A stretch of 64,000 nucleotides of DNA, taken from NCBI GenBank assembly GCA_003971905.1, contig RSEE01000018.1, forward strand, positions 682,001-746,000, read 5' to 3'. Origin of the DNA: Moniliella sp. 'wahieum' (lineage: Eukaryota). The notes beneath the pieces are model-generated. The model did no database searches. It saw only the letters and a program-made list of their open reading frames with translations, and was not told where the DNA came from. A program made the position numbers and the translations under genes. The first letter of the stretch is position 1; the number at the start of each line of letters is the position of its first letter. This document shows positions 37,915 to 51,400 of the stretch, one piece after another.

Positions 37915-39137
37915 ATGGAAGTGCTTCCCAACGTTGGTGGCTCTTCCTTCTTAAGCTCGCCTGCAGGACCAAATCCAGGTCTTGTCGACTCGCTGGACCC
38001 CACTGCCGACGACCATGATGACGTGGGCAGCATGGCCAACGCATCAACCTCTGTGACCCCCCCCACCCCATCCCATGATGGTGCGCCTTTTGCGGATGAT
38101 TCGCAGTCTTTTCACTCTGTTTCTGAAAGCCAAGAGGTCGATTCGGAGGCCGAAGCCGAAGCTGCGGCCGAGCGCGCCAAGAAGGCAAAAGAAGAGGAGG
38201 AGTTTTTGCGCCAACAGCAAGAAGATGTCATCTGCCGCATTTGTTTTGAAGGCCCGGGATCAGTGGATGACGATGGGAAAGATCTGGGTCGCTTGCTCAA
38301 ACCGTGCAAGTGCAAGGGGACCATGCGTTACATTCACTCCAGCTGTCTGGATGCCTGGCGGAAACACAGCCGCAATTCGAATAGTGCTGTTGCCTGTGAC
38401 CAATGTGGGGCGCCATACCGTTTTCGTCGCTCTCGCTTTGTAGGGATGGCCAATAGCCGCGTCCTGATATTCGTCATTTCGGTCCTCATCTTCATCTTGT
38501 TGGTCTGGCTGGTGGGCTGGTTGACGATTTGGAGCGCGAGCTTACAACTTGGTTTGAGCTCTTGGATTTGGAGGTTCGGGCCCGTGGATTGGATTACGCT
38601 CACATATGGTGACTGGGATGACGATGACGACTACTACGGTTATGGCTACCATTACGAGGCTCCAGATATGGACGACGATGAAGAAGGTTTTGCCTGGGAC
38701 GACTTGGGCTTTTTCGGACGTACTTTGGCTCAGATGGCCCTCGGTTCGGGCGTGGTCGGTCTACTCAGTGCATTTGCCTCTTTCGGGCTTGCGCTTAACC
38801 CGATTGGAATGGGTCGCTTTGCCCGGGGTGGTCTGCGAGACGGGGACTGGGTAGAGGGACACGAATTTTCCGAGGACGATCCGGTGGCAAACGCGACGCT
38901 GTGGCCATCACAATGTTGATTGTGGTTGTTGTTATGGTTTTGGCAGGAAGTGCCCGCGCCTTGTACTCAACCTACAAGATGGTTCGCCGGTTGGCCCGCC
39001 GTATGCTAGCCTACGCAGAAGACAACATTGTTGACTGGTATGGCGACGACGAACAACCCCCCAGGGAAGATGAGGCACCAGATGTGATTCCGGATCCTGT
39101 CGTGGATCAGCCCCATCCTGTTCTGGGCGCACTTTGA
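37915..39137 (+). CDS. RING-CH (MARCH-type) membrane E3 ubiquitin ligase
   Basis: C4HC3 motif CRICFEG...LKPCKCKGTMRYIHSSCLDAW...CDQCGAPY followed by several TM segments; C-term frame LIVVVVMVLAGSARALYSTYKMVRRLARRML. Confidence 0.88.
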
Positions 39138-39691
39138 TCTATCTCACGGCCAATGATCAGGAGGTATTATTGCCCTGCCCAGCAACATTGGTGAATGGGG
39201 TTGAGGCTGAAATCCACCGCCTAGACCATCCATGTTGCAATTGGTTCGCCTTGAAGCTTGAGCTGGTTGCTATTCGGATCTCTGTGGCGGCTGCTCGTTC
39301 TGTATTTCTGTTTTCCCCTTGTTGTCTTCTGGGCCAATTGAGTCCATTCTTTTTGCCCCCCACTTGTACCAACTGCTGACTTTGCATCGCCATACGACAA
39401 CCACCTTGTGGAACGAAGAAACGACATTAATGCTGTCCCGTAGCAATGTGCATCCCGCGTAGAAGATGGGCTACGTCTCGCGGCTTCGTTCCATTGCCCG
39501 CAGAGAGGCCCGACTGTCGCAAACCATGGGAAATCCGGGTCCCCTGCCCCAGGTCTTGGTGTTTCAGGCCGCAGAGAGACAACGTGGAAGATTACCTAAC
39601 GCGGTGGTGCCACCTGGATGGCAGCTTGGGCACGTCGCTCTCTCTGTGGCCACCCATCCACCACCACCCTGCCCCAACGCACATCACCACC

Positions 39692-40539
39692 ATGTCTGTC
39701 ACTTACTTTGACGGCCTTAAGAAGGCACGTGTTTCCCATTCTCCACAAATGCAGGTCTGCGATCTAACTGGTTTCTGCGCTTTAACAGTCTTTTGCGGAT
39801 GTTCCCACCACCCCTGGCGTCGACACGTCCGCCTTTTTGGAAGCGTCCGAAGGCCTGGTCGCCCTTTTCGACCTCCTGGGTTCTTCGGCCTTCTCTATGG
39901 TGCAAAGTGACATGAACGGGAACATCACCGTATGTACATTGTCCCCCCTCTCCTGTTCCCCGTCACCAAGCTAACTGGACCACGACCGTGCAGAAAATTC
40001 GCACTCGTCTGCTTGCTGCCCCAGACCAGTCGGCCACGTTGGAGTCGCTGTTGCAGAACGAAGGAAAGGCCGGCGAGTCAGGGAGTAAGCGTCCTGCATC
40101 GCAAGGTCTGCTTTGGCTCCTACGGTGCGTAGTGTAGATCCAGTGCTTGTTGCCAGTATACTGACCTGCACTGCGTTTAGTGGGCTCGAGTTCACTGCAG
40201 CCGCGCTGCGCCGTTCGCTGGACAATGCTGGTGAGGAACTGAGTGTGAGTTTTACCAAGGCGTACGAGGCCACTCTGCGGCAGTACCACTCGTTTGTTGT
40301 CCGCCCCGTCTTTAGTCTGGCCATGAAGGCGTGCCCCTACCGGGCCGACTTTTACGCTAAGCTCGGCTCCCCCCAGGAAAAGTCCATGACAGCTCTCTGT
40401 GGCTCCAGGGTCTGGAGGTGATCGTCGCCCAACTCAAGCAATTCTTTCAGTATGTTGATTGGCTCTCTTTGGTTTCATGTACACGGCGGGCTGACTTGTC
40501 ATTCTCTGCAGGGCTGGCAACTGGGCAAAGGGGTTCTAA
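39692..40539 (+). CDS. het-c2: Glycolipid transfer protein (GLTP/HET-C2 family), multi-exon
   Basis: MSVTYFDGLKK|SFADVPTTPGVDTSAFLEASEGLVALFDLLGSSAFSMVQSDMNGNIT|KIRTRLL; QGLLWLLR|GLEFT; SFTKAYEATLRQYHSFVVRPVFSLAMKACPYRADFYAKLG. Confidence 0.93.
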
Positions 40540-41899
40540 GCACCTTGCCACCTTGCCTTTACCCCCGTTATGTACCGATCTTACCATGGACTTTCTTGGT
40601 CAATCCCACGGGTCGCCTCAAGTGTGCGAGGCAGGATTTACGTTTGTCGGGCGGGGGAGGTGGGGGAGGTGGGGGGGGTGGAGTAGCTCTTTGCGTACGT
40701 TGTTTGTGGATGGGTAGGCTAGGTCTGTTCATTACCACTGGGATGGCCAAATGTATGGGGCCAACATGGTTCTCATGTTTCAATGTCGCATAGGTCAGGT
40801 CCCCTATACAAGCTGCCACCCTGGTATGAGATCTCCAGACAACACGCTCCCGCTGCATGGCCCCACGCTCCCTTGAGGCTTTGGGTCACTCGGCTATTGC
40901 TTATCGACTCACGCCTAATCGTCGTCCACCGCTGGACGTTGCCACCGAGCCGGCGAGGAAACTAGTGGCTAACAGAGTCCGGGCAGGTCGTATTGTGTCG
41001 GCCCTAACAGCTCCGACAATAGTGGGTCCGAGGCGTACGATGCAATCCATAGGCTCTACCGAAGACAGTAGGTATGCCACCCACTCCACCCCGCATCTCC
41101 CGCCTCTTCTGATGCTCATCATCCTACCAGCTGGACGCCCTCTCCACAACTTTCTCATCTCACTAGGTCAATGCAAACAGTATCCGCATCATCACCATCT
41201 TGAGAGTGTCAGGGCCTCAACGTCTTTGTTGACTCATCGTGCTCACTAATCACCGCTCTGGCGGCCCAGGACATATCTGTGTGCATAACACGATCCGGTG
41301 TAGCAGAGGGCATACCGTACCGCTCTCTCGCCCACCTATATACAAACAATCGTTAATCATTTGCCACCAGTGTGCTTCCTCTTCCAAATGCGTACACGAT
41401 TCGCATCTGCCTGCCGGAAGACGGGGCAGAGATATCTAGTCCCAATTCGGCTGGATGGTCGTGTGACATGCATGTGACATGTGGCATGTGCATGTGCATG
41501 TGACTGCGAATTAGTGCTTGCGTTGTGTACATGTAATAGGCGTTTTGTTGGCGGAGTATTGTGTTGAGATTTTCGCGAATGCCACAGACACCGCAGGGAC
41601 TAGGGAGGGAGGGTGTTGCAACCCCACGAGGTATACTAGTGCGCAGCACACTGCTCCCGTATTTGGTTCTCTGCAACGCTGTTGCATCGAGTCTGATGGA
41701 CACCTCCGACCTCACCTCAGCACTAGTCACTGCTTGTGAAAGCCAATCGATGCGCGGAGGGGGGCAAGCAGCCAACATACCATTCAATATTCACAACGCA
41801 GAACAGTTGCCGGTGGCCAATCCACCTCTAGTTCTCGTCGCCAATTCCCCACCCCGATCCCTTGCAGAAGGAGTAATGGAATGGAGGATGTGGTTCTGA

Positions 41900-42753
41900 G
41901 GCAGGAGGTTATGAGAAGGACAGGGCCTTAGATGGCCGAGGGTACCGCGGAGCACACAGGGAGCGTCCGTGCGGATAAGGGGGGTGATGCCTATCACGCA
42001 CGATGGCGTGTTTGTTGGGGTATCGCCCCAATACCCCTCTCCAGCCCCGGGGCCACAAGCGTGTCCTTTCGCCCACCTCTGGAAACGTGAGGAGGAAGAG
42101 GATCAGCAGCAGACCCACTCCCGTCCAACCGAAGGGCGTCCAACCTTGCCCTCTTGATCCCCCCGTCGGGCCCAAAGGCTCCCCAACCCAAATGGAAAAG
42201 ACAAAGCTCATAGGGCTACTTTGCACCTCCGGCGGGCGGGGATACGAGAAGGCTCTCAGGAGGAGAGCGGGAGCGTGTGGCCACCTCTAAAGGCGACATT
42301 GACATGATCGCCGGTTTCAAGAAAATCTGGTCATTTATGACCAAGGTCACTTTCAAATGGCATCGTGCATGATGCGCGTGTGTTGTTTTGCTGACGTGGC
42401 GTTTCCGACTCCATGATGACTGGGATTCACCGTCACCACCGCCTTCGCAATTTGATCTCCATCGACCACCATTCCCATTTGCTGTTCTTTGAGCTCCTCC
42501 TGGGCGTTAATAAAATCTACAACAATTCGGGCCCAAAGAGTGGGACGGTAACGCGTAACCCTTCTCGTTTGAATCATCAGAAGGATGGGACAGAGGGAGG
42601 TGAAGCTTGAGGGAGGAATGATCTGAGGATGCTGATCAATCTCTTCGCTCCCCAGTGCGCCTGATCGGCGTTGAGCTCGGCGTTAGGTGTTTTGGGCGCT
42701 GAGCCGCCACTGTTGTTCAGCCTAAAAACAAATCTTTGTTTCTGACCAACCAT
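41900..42753 (-). CDS. Possible lineage-specific hypothetical protein (fragments)
   Basis: cgccATGG at 42753 begins MVGQKQRFVFRLNN... and abuts a second ORF (RPTLWARIVVDFINAQEELKEQ). No recognisable domain; end unknown. Confidence 0.25.
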
Positions 42754-42934
42754 GGCGGAGGAAGAGGACGAGGAGGCGGATGACACAACAAACAATAGAT
42801 AATCAAGACCCCGCCGCTGCCTTGACTCCACTTTCATGGACACACATGCGGCCCCACGAGGCTGACCGAGGAGGAGGTGGACGAGGCTGCCTCGGCAAGC
42901 AATGATTCATCACCCACTACGCATTTTCACTCCG

Positions 42935-44200
42935 AGGCCTGAACGTCCTGAACGTTCAGTTGAACTTGAACTTCCGCCCGGAGTCGTGTTCGTGTGGGAT
43001 ATATGGCTTAAGAAGACCAACAACCAAAGGGTGGGTGGCCGGTTCGTATGAACAAGTACGAAGTCAAGCTTCAAGCTTCAAGCTTCATGGACGCCTCTTC
43101 CCCCTCCCCGCCCATGGCACAGGATGCGCTCAGGCCCGAAGCCTGATGGGTTTGATGCATGACGCAGCCATGTCATCAGATGTCACATGTCAGACGTCAA
43201 TATCGTCACATATCACATGTCACATGTCACATGTCACACGTCACGCATGCATGGGGAGCATGGGGAGCATGATGCATGACTAGTATTAGCTAGTAGCAGG
43301 CAGTTGCAGGCAGTGGCCCACACAGCTGTTCGGCCTTCGGTGCTGCCCCTTTCTGGCCATCATGCATCAGCCGATGGCCCAGCGACACCGACATGGCTTC
43401 GGCGGGTCAAACGTTAATGAATCTCCGTTTTCCCGCCTCCCACACTCATCGCAGATCTCATCAAACATGCTTGATGATCGATGATCGATGATTCGATCAT
43501 GGATCCCTGGCCGTTATGGGTGCAGCCGGGTAGTGCAGCAACAGATGGGCTGGACTACCCACTTGTCAAGCTACGTGCTTCAAGCTAGCTTCGAGTTGAA
43601 CGTGTACTGAACGTAATCTCTACACCATATTCAACCTCTACTCCATATTAAAATGGGAAACGCCCTGTGCACTTTTTATATCAGCCTCACGTAAGCCACC
43701 GGGGGCGCAGCCAGCCACGCCAGCCAGCGCGTATCGGTGATATTATGTTGGGTTCCAGGGTGGAACAGTGGACAGGGGGAACGGTGGCTATGGTGGCGAC
43801 ACAGCACCAGCCCCAGCTGACCGGGCCGTAGGCCCGGTGGTCCTCGTATATCTCAACAGTGACTAGTGACTAGTGACTGTGCAAGTGAACGTTGAACGTA
43901 TGCAAGACGAACAAAATATCGCCCATGCACGAGGGATTATGCAGATGCATGATGATCGATGACGTATTGTGGGCCCGAGTCGATAAATGCCACGTTCATC
44001 GAGGCCACCAGTCACAGTATAATAGGGTGTGACGTGTGACAGGGATCCGGGACTGTTGTAGAGATCATCGATCACTCGATCTGAGTGCAACCGCAGGCAA
44101 CAGCCTCCGAACAGATGAAGATCTCCCAACAGTAGTGAGCTATAGTGACATATAGTGACAGTCACTAGTCATGACCGATGAGATCGATGATCGATTGCCG
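42935..44200. repeat. Dense field of palindromic heptamer arrays (ACGT, AGCT, CATG, TGCA, TCGA, CTAG cores)
   Basis: tcaagcttcaagcttcaagcttca (43064); tcacatatcacatgtcacatgtcacatgtcacacgtca (43206); tgatcgatgatcgatga (43475); tgactagtgactagtga (43860); tgaacgttgaacgt (43886). Confidence 0.9.
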
Positions 44201-44468
44201 ATTTCGGTTAATACGCGTTACATGTTACGACCAGAATGACTGACCGGATGACCCCACATGCGTGTACTCCAAACTCCTATAATAAGATGCTCTTACTGCG
44301 ACAGTATCTGGGCCAAAGGACGGTGACCATTGTGGATCGGTAACGCCGGTCGGTAATAGCACAAGTTCAACGTCCACAAGCAGAGAGTGTGCACCTGGAT
44401 ACCACTCCTAGTCGTTACCATCATCTTCTTCAGTTTTCGCCTTGACCATCCAAACCCGGGACCATCAC

Positions 44469-45908
44469 ATGTCCATCTGCTCCCATACGACCATGGAGAA
44501 CAAGGAGATAATCAGAACAAGCCCACCCTTCTCTCCCGTTGCTCCTGAACAGCGAGGTGAGGCAGACTTTTTCAACTTGGAAGACCTCCTTCCAAGTTCC
44601 TGTTCAACCACCCCTGCAGCAACATCCGCATCCACCCCAGCTTCTACAACTCTACGCCTGCTACCTCGACTGCCAGCTGGGTTTCTCCGTGTGCCACGAC
44701 GCTGGGTACCTAGCTGACGAGGGGTCAGAAGCACGCGCGGTTCCCTATTCTCCTCACTGGGGAATAACCGCAGCATACATGGGCAGCGCTTCCAAGCAGC
44801 CCATCTCATCTACTCTTCTTAACACAACCCCCCCAACGAGCAACCTTCTTCCAGCACACCGTTTGAATCTTTTTCTGATCGGCCTATCCAGCCTCCCGCT
44901 TTTCCCCCAGTCTACCTCAGACGTATTGGGTCTACCGACCCCGCCCAGTCAGAACCAAGCACCAGATTCTGAGACTTCTTCAATTCTCTTTTCGTCGCCA
45001 ACCGTCCCGTCCAAAGATTCAGTTGCTTCGTATACTCCGGGCACCCCTGCCAATGTATTCGGACTTGGTCTCGATTGGCTAAATTTGGCTCCAACACCTA
45101 TCAAGGATGGATCACAAGACTCATTGGCCGTCGATCCTACTAGTACACTTATGGTATGTGCTAGATCTGACGCTTTGTGGGGGGAGTGTCTAGGTACTTA
45201 TGTTCTTTTTCATTTTTTTGTTTACGCAGGGATGGAAGGATGATCTAGGTGCTGTACCTCCAAATTCTTATGTCGACGCACTCTTGGAACAAATGTTGTT
45301 CCCTCCTAACGGTGTGTCGGACATGGCAGCGCCACCATCTTCTCCGAATCCCACCTTGCCTACTCCGGCTACCGACCCTGCGGTGTCTACGCTCATACCC
45401 GATCTGGCGGGTTCAACTTCTATGTGGCCATTCTTTATAAACTTGTCCTCCTTACCTTGTGGGCAGGAGAGATGTCGGCCGTCTGAGGAAATCAGGAAAG
45501 GCAGACCGCTCTCACTCAGCTACATCCAGGCCGGCTGCCCCAAGAGTTGCTCCTGCACCCCGCGCATTGGGCGCAAAGAAAGTGGGCAAAGCTGCCACTC
45601 GCAAGCACCCTTGTTCATCTCGGCCGAAGCCAGTAAACAAGTCACAGCAGCAGCAACAGGAGCGGCCCATTCACTTTCCCTGCAGAGACTGTGGCAAGGT
45701 ATTTCAACGCAAGTACAATTTGCTAGCCCACGAAGTCATGCACGATCCCACGCATCCCCGTCCGTTTGTTTGCCCCCAAGACAAATGCCGGAAGAGCTTT
45801 GCGCGAAAATACGATGCTTGTCGACACTACCGTCAAATCCATTGTCTTCACCAAGGTTCGCCCCCCGAATGGGTCGACCGCATTGTCGATACTCGCCGGG
45901 TTCCTTAA
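44469..45908 (+). CDS. C2H2 zinc-finger protein (two C-terminal fingers)
   Basis: FPCRDCGKVFQRKYNLLAHEVMH and PFVCPQDKCRKSFARKYDACRHYRQIH; low-complexity N-terminus with frameshifts and a GTATGT intron near 45153. Start uncertain. Confidence 0.8.
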
Positions 45909-47097
45909 ACCGCGACCGTACGCGGTATTGAGTTAATATGCCTTCTTCGGCCTGGATTATGCTCTTATGAAGGTACTCGCGGGCACAAGTGTTGCGTATT
46001 GTTGACCTCGTTATATCAAAATGCCTATACGTACCAGTCTCGATCTGGTACCTGTCGCTTGTGCGTGGATCCCACATGGCCTCCCATCCCCCTCGTATTG
46101 TCTTGCCACAGCGTGTGAAGAACGATATGGGTGGGGAATCTGCGGGCGTGAGGTCGATGATCCGACATCAAACATGCGAGAGCTGTTGTCCACAAATGTT
46201 GGTTCGAACTCACATTACCCCCCCCCCCCTCAAATCCCTACTTATCTACACAATTCCTCTCCATTGCTCGAGAGGCGTCACTGGGTCTTTACTATATTCT
46301 CTTTCGTACCATGTTGTGGAGCTTATATAGATGCGATGGGCTTAGACTCCGGTTGCACGGATGTAGACGTCCTTTGGCCTCGCTACATGGACTATGGATT
46401 AGGGTTATATCCTCTTCGAGACGCTGTGTGTCAGATGATGGTAATCCTGTGGTATGTATAGTAGTGTTCAATAGAAGGGAGGTACTACATTCCTCCCACA
46501 CACAAGTCAGCGTGAGGTGGGACGCCTTTAACCCACCAAACCCCTGTATTTTGGTTCGAATAGGATTGCATCCTTGGATACGTGCTCTCATATGGAGGCT
46601 AACATACATTCCATACCGGTACGTTCGTGATGCCAGAGCGTTCTGCCAATCACGTCTCTTCATATGTCTCCTGGCCTCAGGCCTCAGGTTGCATTAGATG
46701 CATAACGGGTGTGGCGGAGGCTTTCCAGTGAAGGCTCTAGGGGTGCTTTAAGGCTATTGTTCACCCCCTTTTTCTTTGCTCTCTCGCTCCATTTCCCTTT
46801 TCTGTTTCCTGTCTCCTTCCCTTCAGACGAAGACACGGAGCGCACCACTTTACTTTCATTCTTTGTTCATAGGCTGGTGCTCTCAAGTCGGGCTCGATAG
46901 CAGACTTGGAGTTACTATAGTAGACCGCATGACCAGAAGAAAGAATATACGCGCTACGCCATGATATAGACGTGCCGACAATCCACAATCCACACGCCAG
47001 GTTCGCGATTGTTGGCACCCAGGCACAAAGCAGGTGACAAGGTGGGTGGCAGACTGTGACGGTGACGAATGGCAGAGACAAAGGCAATCCGTCGGAC

Positions 47098-47535
47098 GTC
47101 AGATCTCAGAATACGAGATCTGAGATCTGAGAATGGAAGGAACAGTGCCGAGGGCATGTCTAGTGCGTTCGGCCGAACAATAGATGTAGCTGAAACGTTC
47201 AAAGCATGCCCCGTCGTGCATCGAGCATCGTGCATCGAGCATCGTGCATCGATCGCCAGCCCCTGAATCCTCTATCGATCACTTCGATCACTGAGTACTG
47301 ACAGGGAAACATTTGAAGTTGGAGCTGGAGTTCCAACTTGAAATTGAAGGCTTGAAGCTTGAAGCTTGAAGGAGAGGAGTGCCAGAGAGTGGCTGCGGGT
47401 TTCCTCACCGGTCACCATGACCGGTGAAGCCGGTGGAACTTGAAGCTTGAAGCCGGTGACGAGATGCGGCCCCGGCGACATGTCACTGTGACAGGTGACA
47501 GTCACATGTGACAAGCGACAGATGACATGGACATG
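47098..47535. repeat. Cluster of palindromic heptamer arrays (GATC, TCGA, GTAC, AGCT, CCGG, CATG cores)
   Basis: gagatctgagatctga; tgagtactga; tgaagcttgaagcttga; tcaccggtca; tgaccggtga; tcacatgtga. Confidence 0.85.
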
Positions 47536-48182
47536 GCGAGCGGCCAGAGAGTGGAGCGGAATGGGATCTGGCCAGGGGCAGCAGCAGGCCGCAGGGGGGC
47601 GGAGCGAATTCGTGGACCTGCACCATGCAGTGCGTGCTGCAGCCGGGCGGCGCTTGGCGCGGCGGCAGAACGGCGGCCAAGCACGTGGCCGCCTGCGGAC
47701 CACTGCACTCCCACATGGTCCCGACCATGTGGCTCGGATTGCACTGCCGCTGTGCGCCGCCGCTCCGCTTGATAAGTGGGAGCGATTACCGCTCACCCGT
47801 GCCTCACCCGTCACCCCCTTGCCTGCCTGTGCGGGGGAGCAGCCCAGTACGCCAGCGGCGGCACTTGCTCAGGAACGGTGTGCGAATGGGAGAGTGGACG
47901 GCCGGCATGCTGGCGCCGTGCCACACTCTGTGCGAGGTTCGGTATATTCAGCCGAGATCGGGGCGCAGCAGCTGCGCAGTTGCCGTTTCTGCCCACGCGT
48001 GTGCTAGGCGCAGGCAGGCGCTGGCCGGCACTGGGTACTGGCGGCACACCCCTTGGGCTGCACGGGGCAACCATGCGTACGCACATCCACATGCTCCAGC
48101 AGCATGTGCTCTGCTGTGCTGTGCGCTCCCGTGCCTGGCCCCCGCCTGCCAGGGGGCGCATGCACACATGGCGCATGGCGGG

Positions 48183-48213
48183 TGATGCATGATGCATGAT
48201 GCATGATGCATGA
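48183..48213. repeat. (TGATGCA)x4 array
   Basis: tgatgcatgatgcatgatgcatgatgcatga. Confidence 0.9.
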
Positions 48214-48454
48214 TAACCAGCCGAGTGAGAGTACTCCCACTCAGTGTGTCCGGTCAGCAGTGGCTCACGCTCACTCGTCAAACCTTACGGCTTGGCTTGC
48301 TTGGCTCGTCTCCACCTCCTCTCCTGTTCCCTCCTCCCTTCCTCCTCCTCCTCTTCCCCTTTCCCCTTCTCCTCCCTCGACATCCCCGGCCGACTGGTAC
48401 GGCTCGGCGGCATCCTCTCCTCCGCTCCCGTCCTCTGCCGTTTCCGCCGCCGCC

Positions 48455-51400
48455 ATGCCCCTCCCCACCGAGCAGACCGACTTTGTCCGCAGTCATCTGC
48501 TCCCCGAGGACACCACCGCCCAGGGCTACTGGGCACAGCGCGGGCGTGCCGGCCTCGGCGGTCTTGCGCGCGACCAGGGCATATCCCACCGTTCAAAGGT
48601 ATCCGTCCCTGGCACCCGCCGCTTCGACCGCCAGCTCAACACCTCTCTTCGCTCCCATGCGTTCATGCAGGACGATGCCGACCTGTCCCCCTACGCAAAG
48701 TCCCTGCTCCAGCGTGAGGAAGCCAAGGCCAAGGCCTGCGCCGATGCTGCCGCCCGAAATCCGCCGTGCCCATGTGCCTCCTACGCCCATGGCTACCACT
48801 TCTACTAGCACCCCACCTCATCCCTCCTCCCAACACAGAGTTCATTCTGTCATCTGCGCGTCACCCCTCCCCGCTTACCTCGTTCAACCCTCTTCCCTCC
48901 GCTGCTGAGAACGAGGACGGGCGTTCTGTTTACCACACCCTACCGCAGTCATCCGACACTGCCGGCCTACTTCCGGCCTCAGTAGCCCATTATGATCGAC
49001 CCTTCTCATCTACCTTGCGTGGAGATCCTCAGCCCGGGCTCTCGCACCACCCTCCCCTGGCCCATCTTCCTTGGGTGGGCGAACTCATTCCTTCCCCCCT
49101 ACCAACACCCCATCGGATTCATTTTCGGGCCCCACGGCGTGTAACCGATGACTACTTGGCCTCCCGCCGTGCCAGTATGGCTGCTGGGTTGGGATGGCAG
49201 AATGTCGTTGACATCTTCTCTCCTGGTGACCGCCTGGGCCCTGGGTTGCACCATGACGGCTCCGAAATTCGTCAGGTACACTCACCGGAGGCCAACGAGC
49301 CCATTTGGGATATTGATTGCCCGCTGGAAGTGGTGCGTAAATTGGGCGAAGGGAGCTACGCGTGTGTCTACTTGGTGAATGAGGTATGCCCCGTAGCCAA
49401 GAGTCAACACAACGGCCCGCCGCGTCAATTTGCACTCAAGTGCTTGTGCAAGCGCGACCTATCCCCTGACATGATGTCGATGCAACGCCTTGAATCATCC
49501 ATCCGCCAATCCCTCCCTCGTCACGACAACATTGTCACTCTTTACTGCGCATATGAGACCCAGGATTGGTTTTTCCTCCTCTTTGAATACTGCCCCCGGC
49601 CAAGATCTATTTTATTGGTTGGAACAGGCTCACGAAATGCTGGAATACGAAATTGAAGATGGGTCCTACGTGCCTGGGATGGCAGAGTCACTTCAAGGAA
49701 ACGCCACACCCCGCGAGCCGCTTCTCTTGGCTACTACCTCGGGCTTTTCCATCTTGTCCTGGCAACGCCTGCATCTCATTAGCCATATGTTCCATCAAAT
49801 GTGCTTGGCCGTCCAATTTTGCCACGATCGTGGGGTTGCCCACCGGGATTTGAAACCGGAAAGCTTCATTGTGGAGGACCTCCGCCATCTCTCTTCCAAC
49901 GCTGATGAGTCCGAACAGGTGATTGTCAAGCTTACCGATTTTGGCCTTTCCACCAATCAGGAGCGCTGCCACGACTTTGTCTGTGGCAGCAAGCCGTACA
50001 TGTCGTATGGTAAGTTGGTACATCTTTTGACCCTTCCAGTAAAGACTAACTAACATTTTTTTAGAATGCTGCAATGAGACGTCCGTCGTTCGACCCCAAG
50101 TCAGCCGACGTATGGTCCCTGGGCATCGTTCTGCTCAACATGCTGTTTCACCGTAATCCCTTCCAGAGCCGTGCGCAGATGCTTGTCCCTCGTTTGCCGC
50201 CTTTGAGCGAGATCCAGTGGCCTTTCTATTGTCGGCTTTTGACGGACTGACACCCGCTGTGGCATCCTACTTGGCCACTCACGTCTTCACAAGATCTCAA
50301 ATGGCCCTCGCGTTTCGGCCGCCGAGTTGGGCGCCTGGGCGGCCAACTTGAGTGAACATTTGGGCATCTCGGACCCCCGGCAGCGTCCCACCTTGTCCCG
50401 TGGCGCTAGCATGGGTATCACTGCTCCCCTCTCACGCACCACCTCAGGGCCTGCCTACTCCTGTCCGCCTTCCGTTTCATCCGCCTTGCCCCAGACGGTG
50501 GAACACCTATCGGGTTTATCTTCCACTCTTCATGTGGCACCTCATGACTTGAACACCGCCGAGAAGGAGGGACTCAAGCTCCCTCTCCCTGTCAATCCCT
50601 CCTCTCGGTTTAATCTGGACAAGGGTTTTGCCCGTTCTTCCCGTCCGGAAGAGGTGCCCTCCATCTTCACCCGTCGTGGGGCACAGGGCAAGTTGACAGT
50701 TGCTACGTCGCACGCTGAACCGGTGGGCCCTCGTGGGGTGACGGCCATGTTTGGATCTCAAGAGGCGCTCGATTCCTCGGACGACGAAGTGGCTTCTGTT
50801 ACAAGCTCGGCCAAGCCCCGTCGGCGCAAGCGTGGCAACCGTAAAGGCTCCGTCGCTTCCTCTGCACGGAGGCAGCTCACCCCCCAGCCGTTGTATCCCA
50901 TCCCACTCCCGCCCCTCCCCCTCCCCTCTGCAACGGGACCGGGACGGGACAGGGACAGGGACAGGGGGAGAAAGCCGCAAGGCGTTACTACCGGCGAAAC
51001 CATTGCTTCCCAGCGAACAACCTCTTTCGTGGCGGGAGCGCACTCAGCCTACCCCGGGCACCACCCCGCGGACCAGCATGTCAAGCATGCGGTCCGGCCT
51101 GTCGGATGACCAGGTGAGCATGTACTCAACTGCGTCGGCTCCTGCCGAGGTCATTCGTCGTTCGCATGAATCGGCGATGAAACCATTTCGGCCTGCTGCG
51201 GTCCTTCAGCCCATTTCCGAACAGAGGGAGAAACCCAAGGCCATGCCAGGCCAACTGGATGCATCTTTCTTGGCGGACATGTATGGTGGATCATCCAAAG
51301 TGAGCCGCCCACATGGGTGCGGTCGACGGATCGTCGGCTGCGGTCGGGCATGGATCCCTATACCACCTCCCTCCCTTTCTATGGGGAGGCAGCACGGGAC

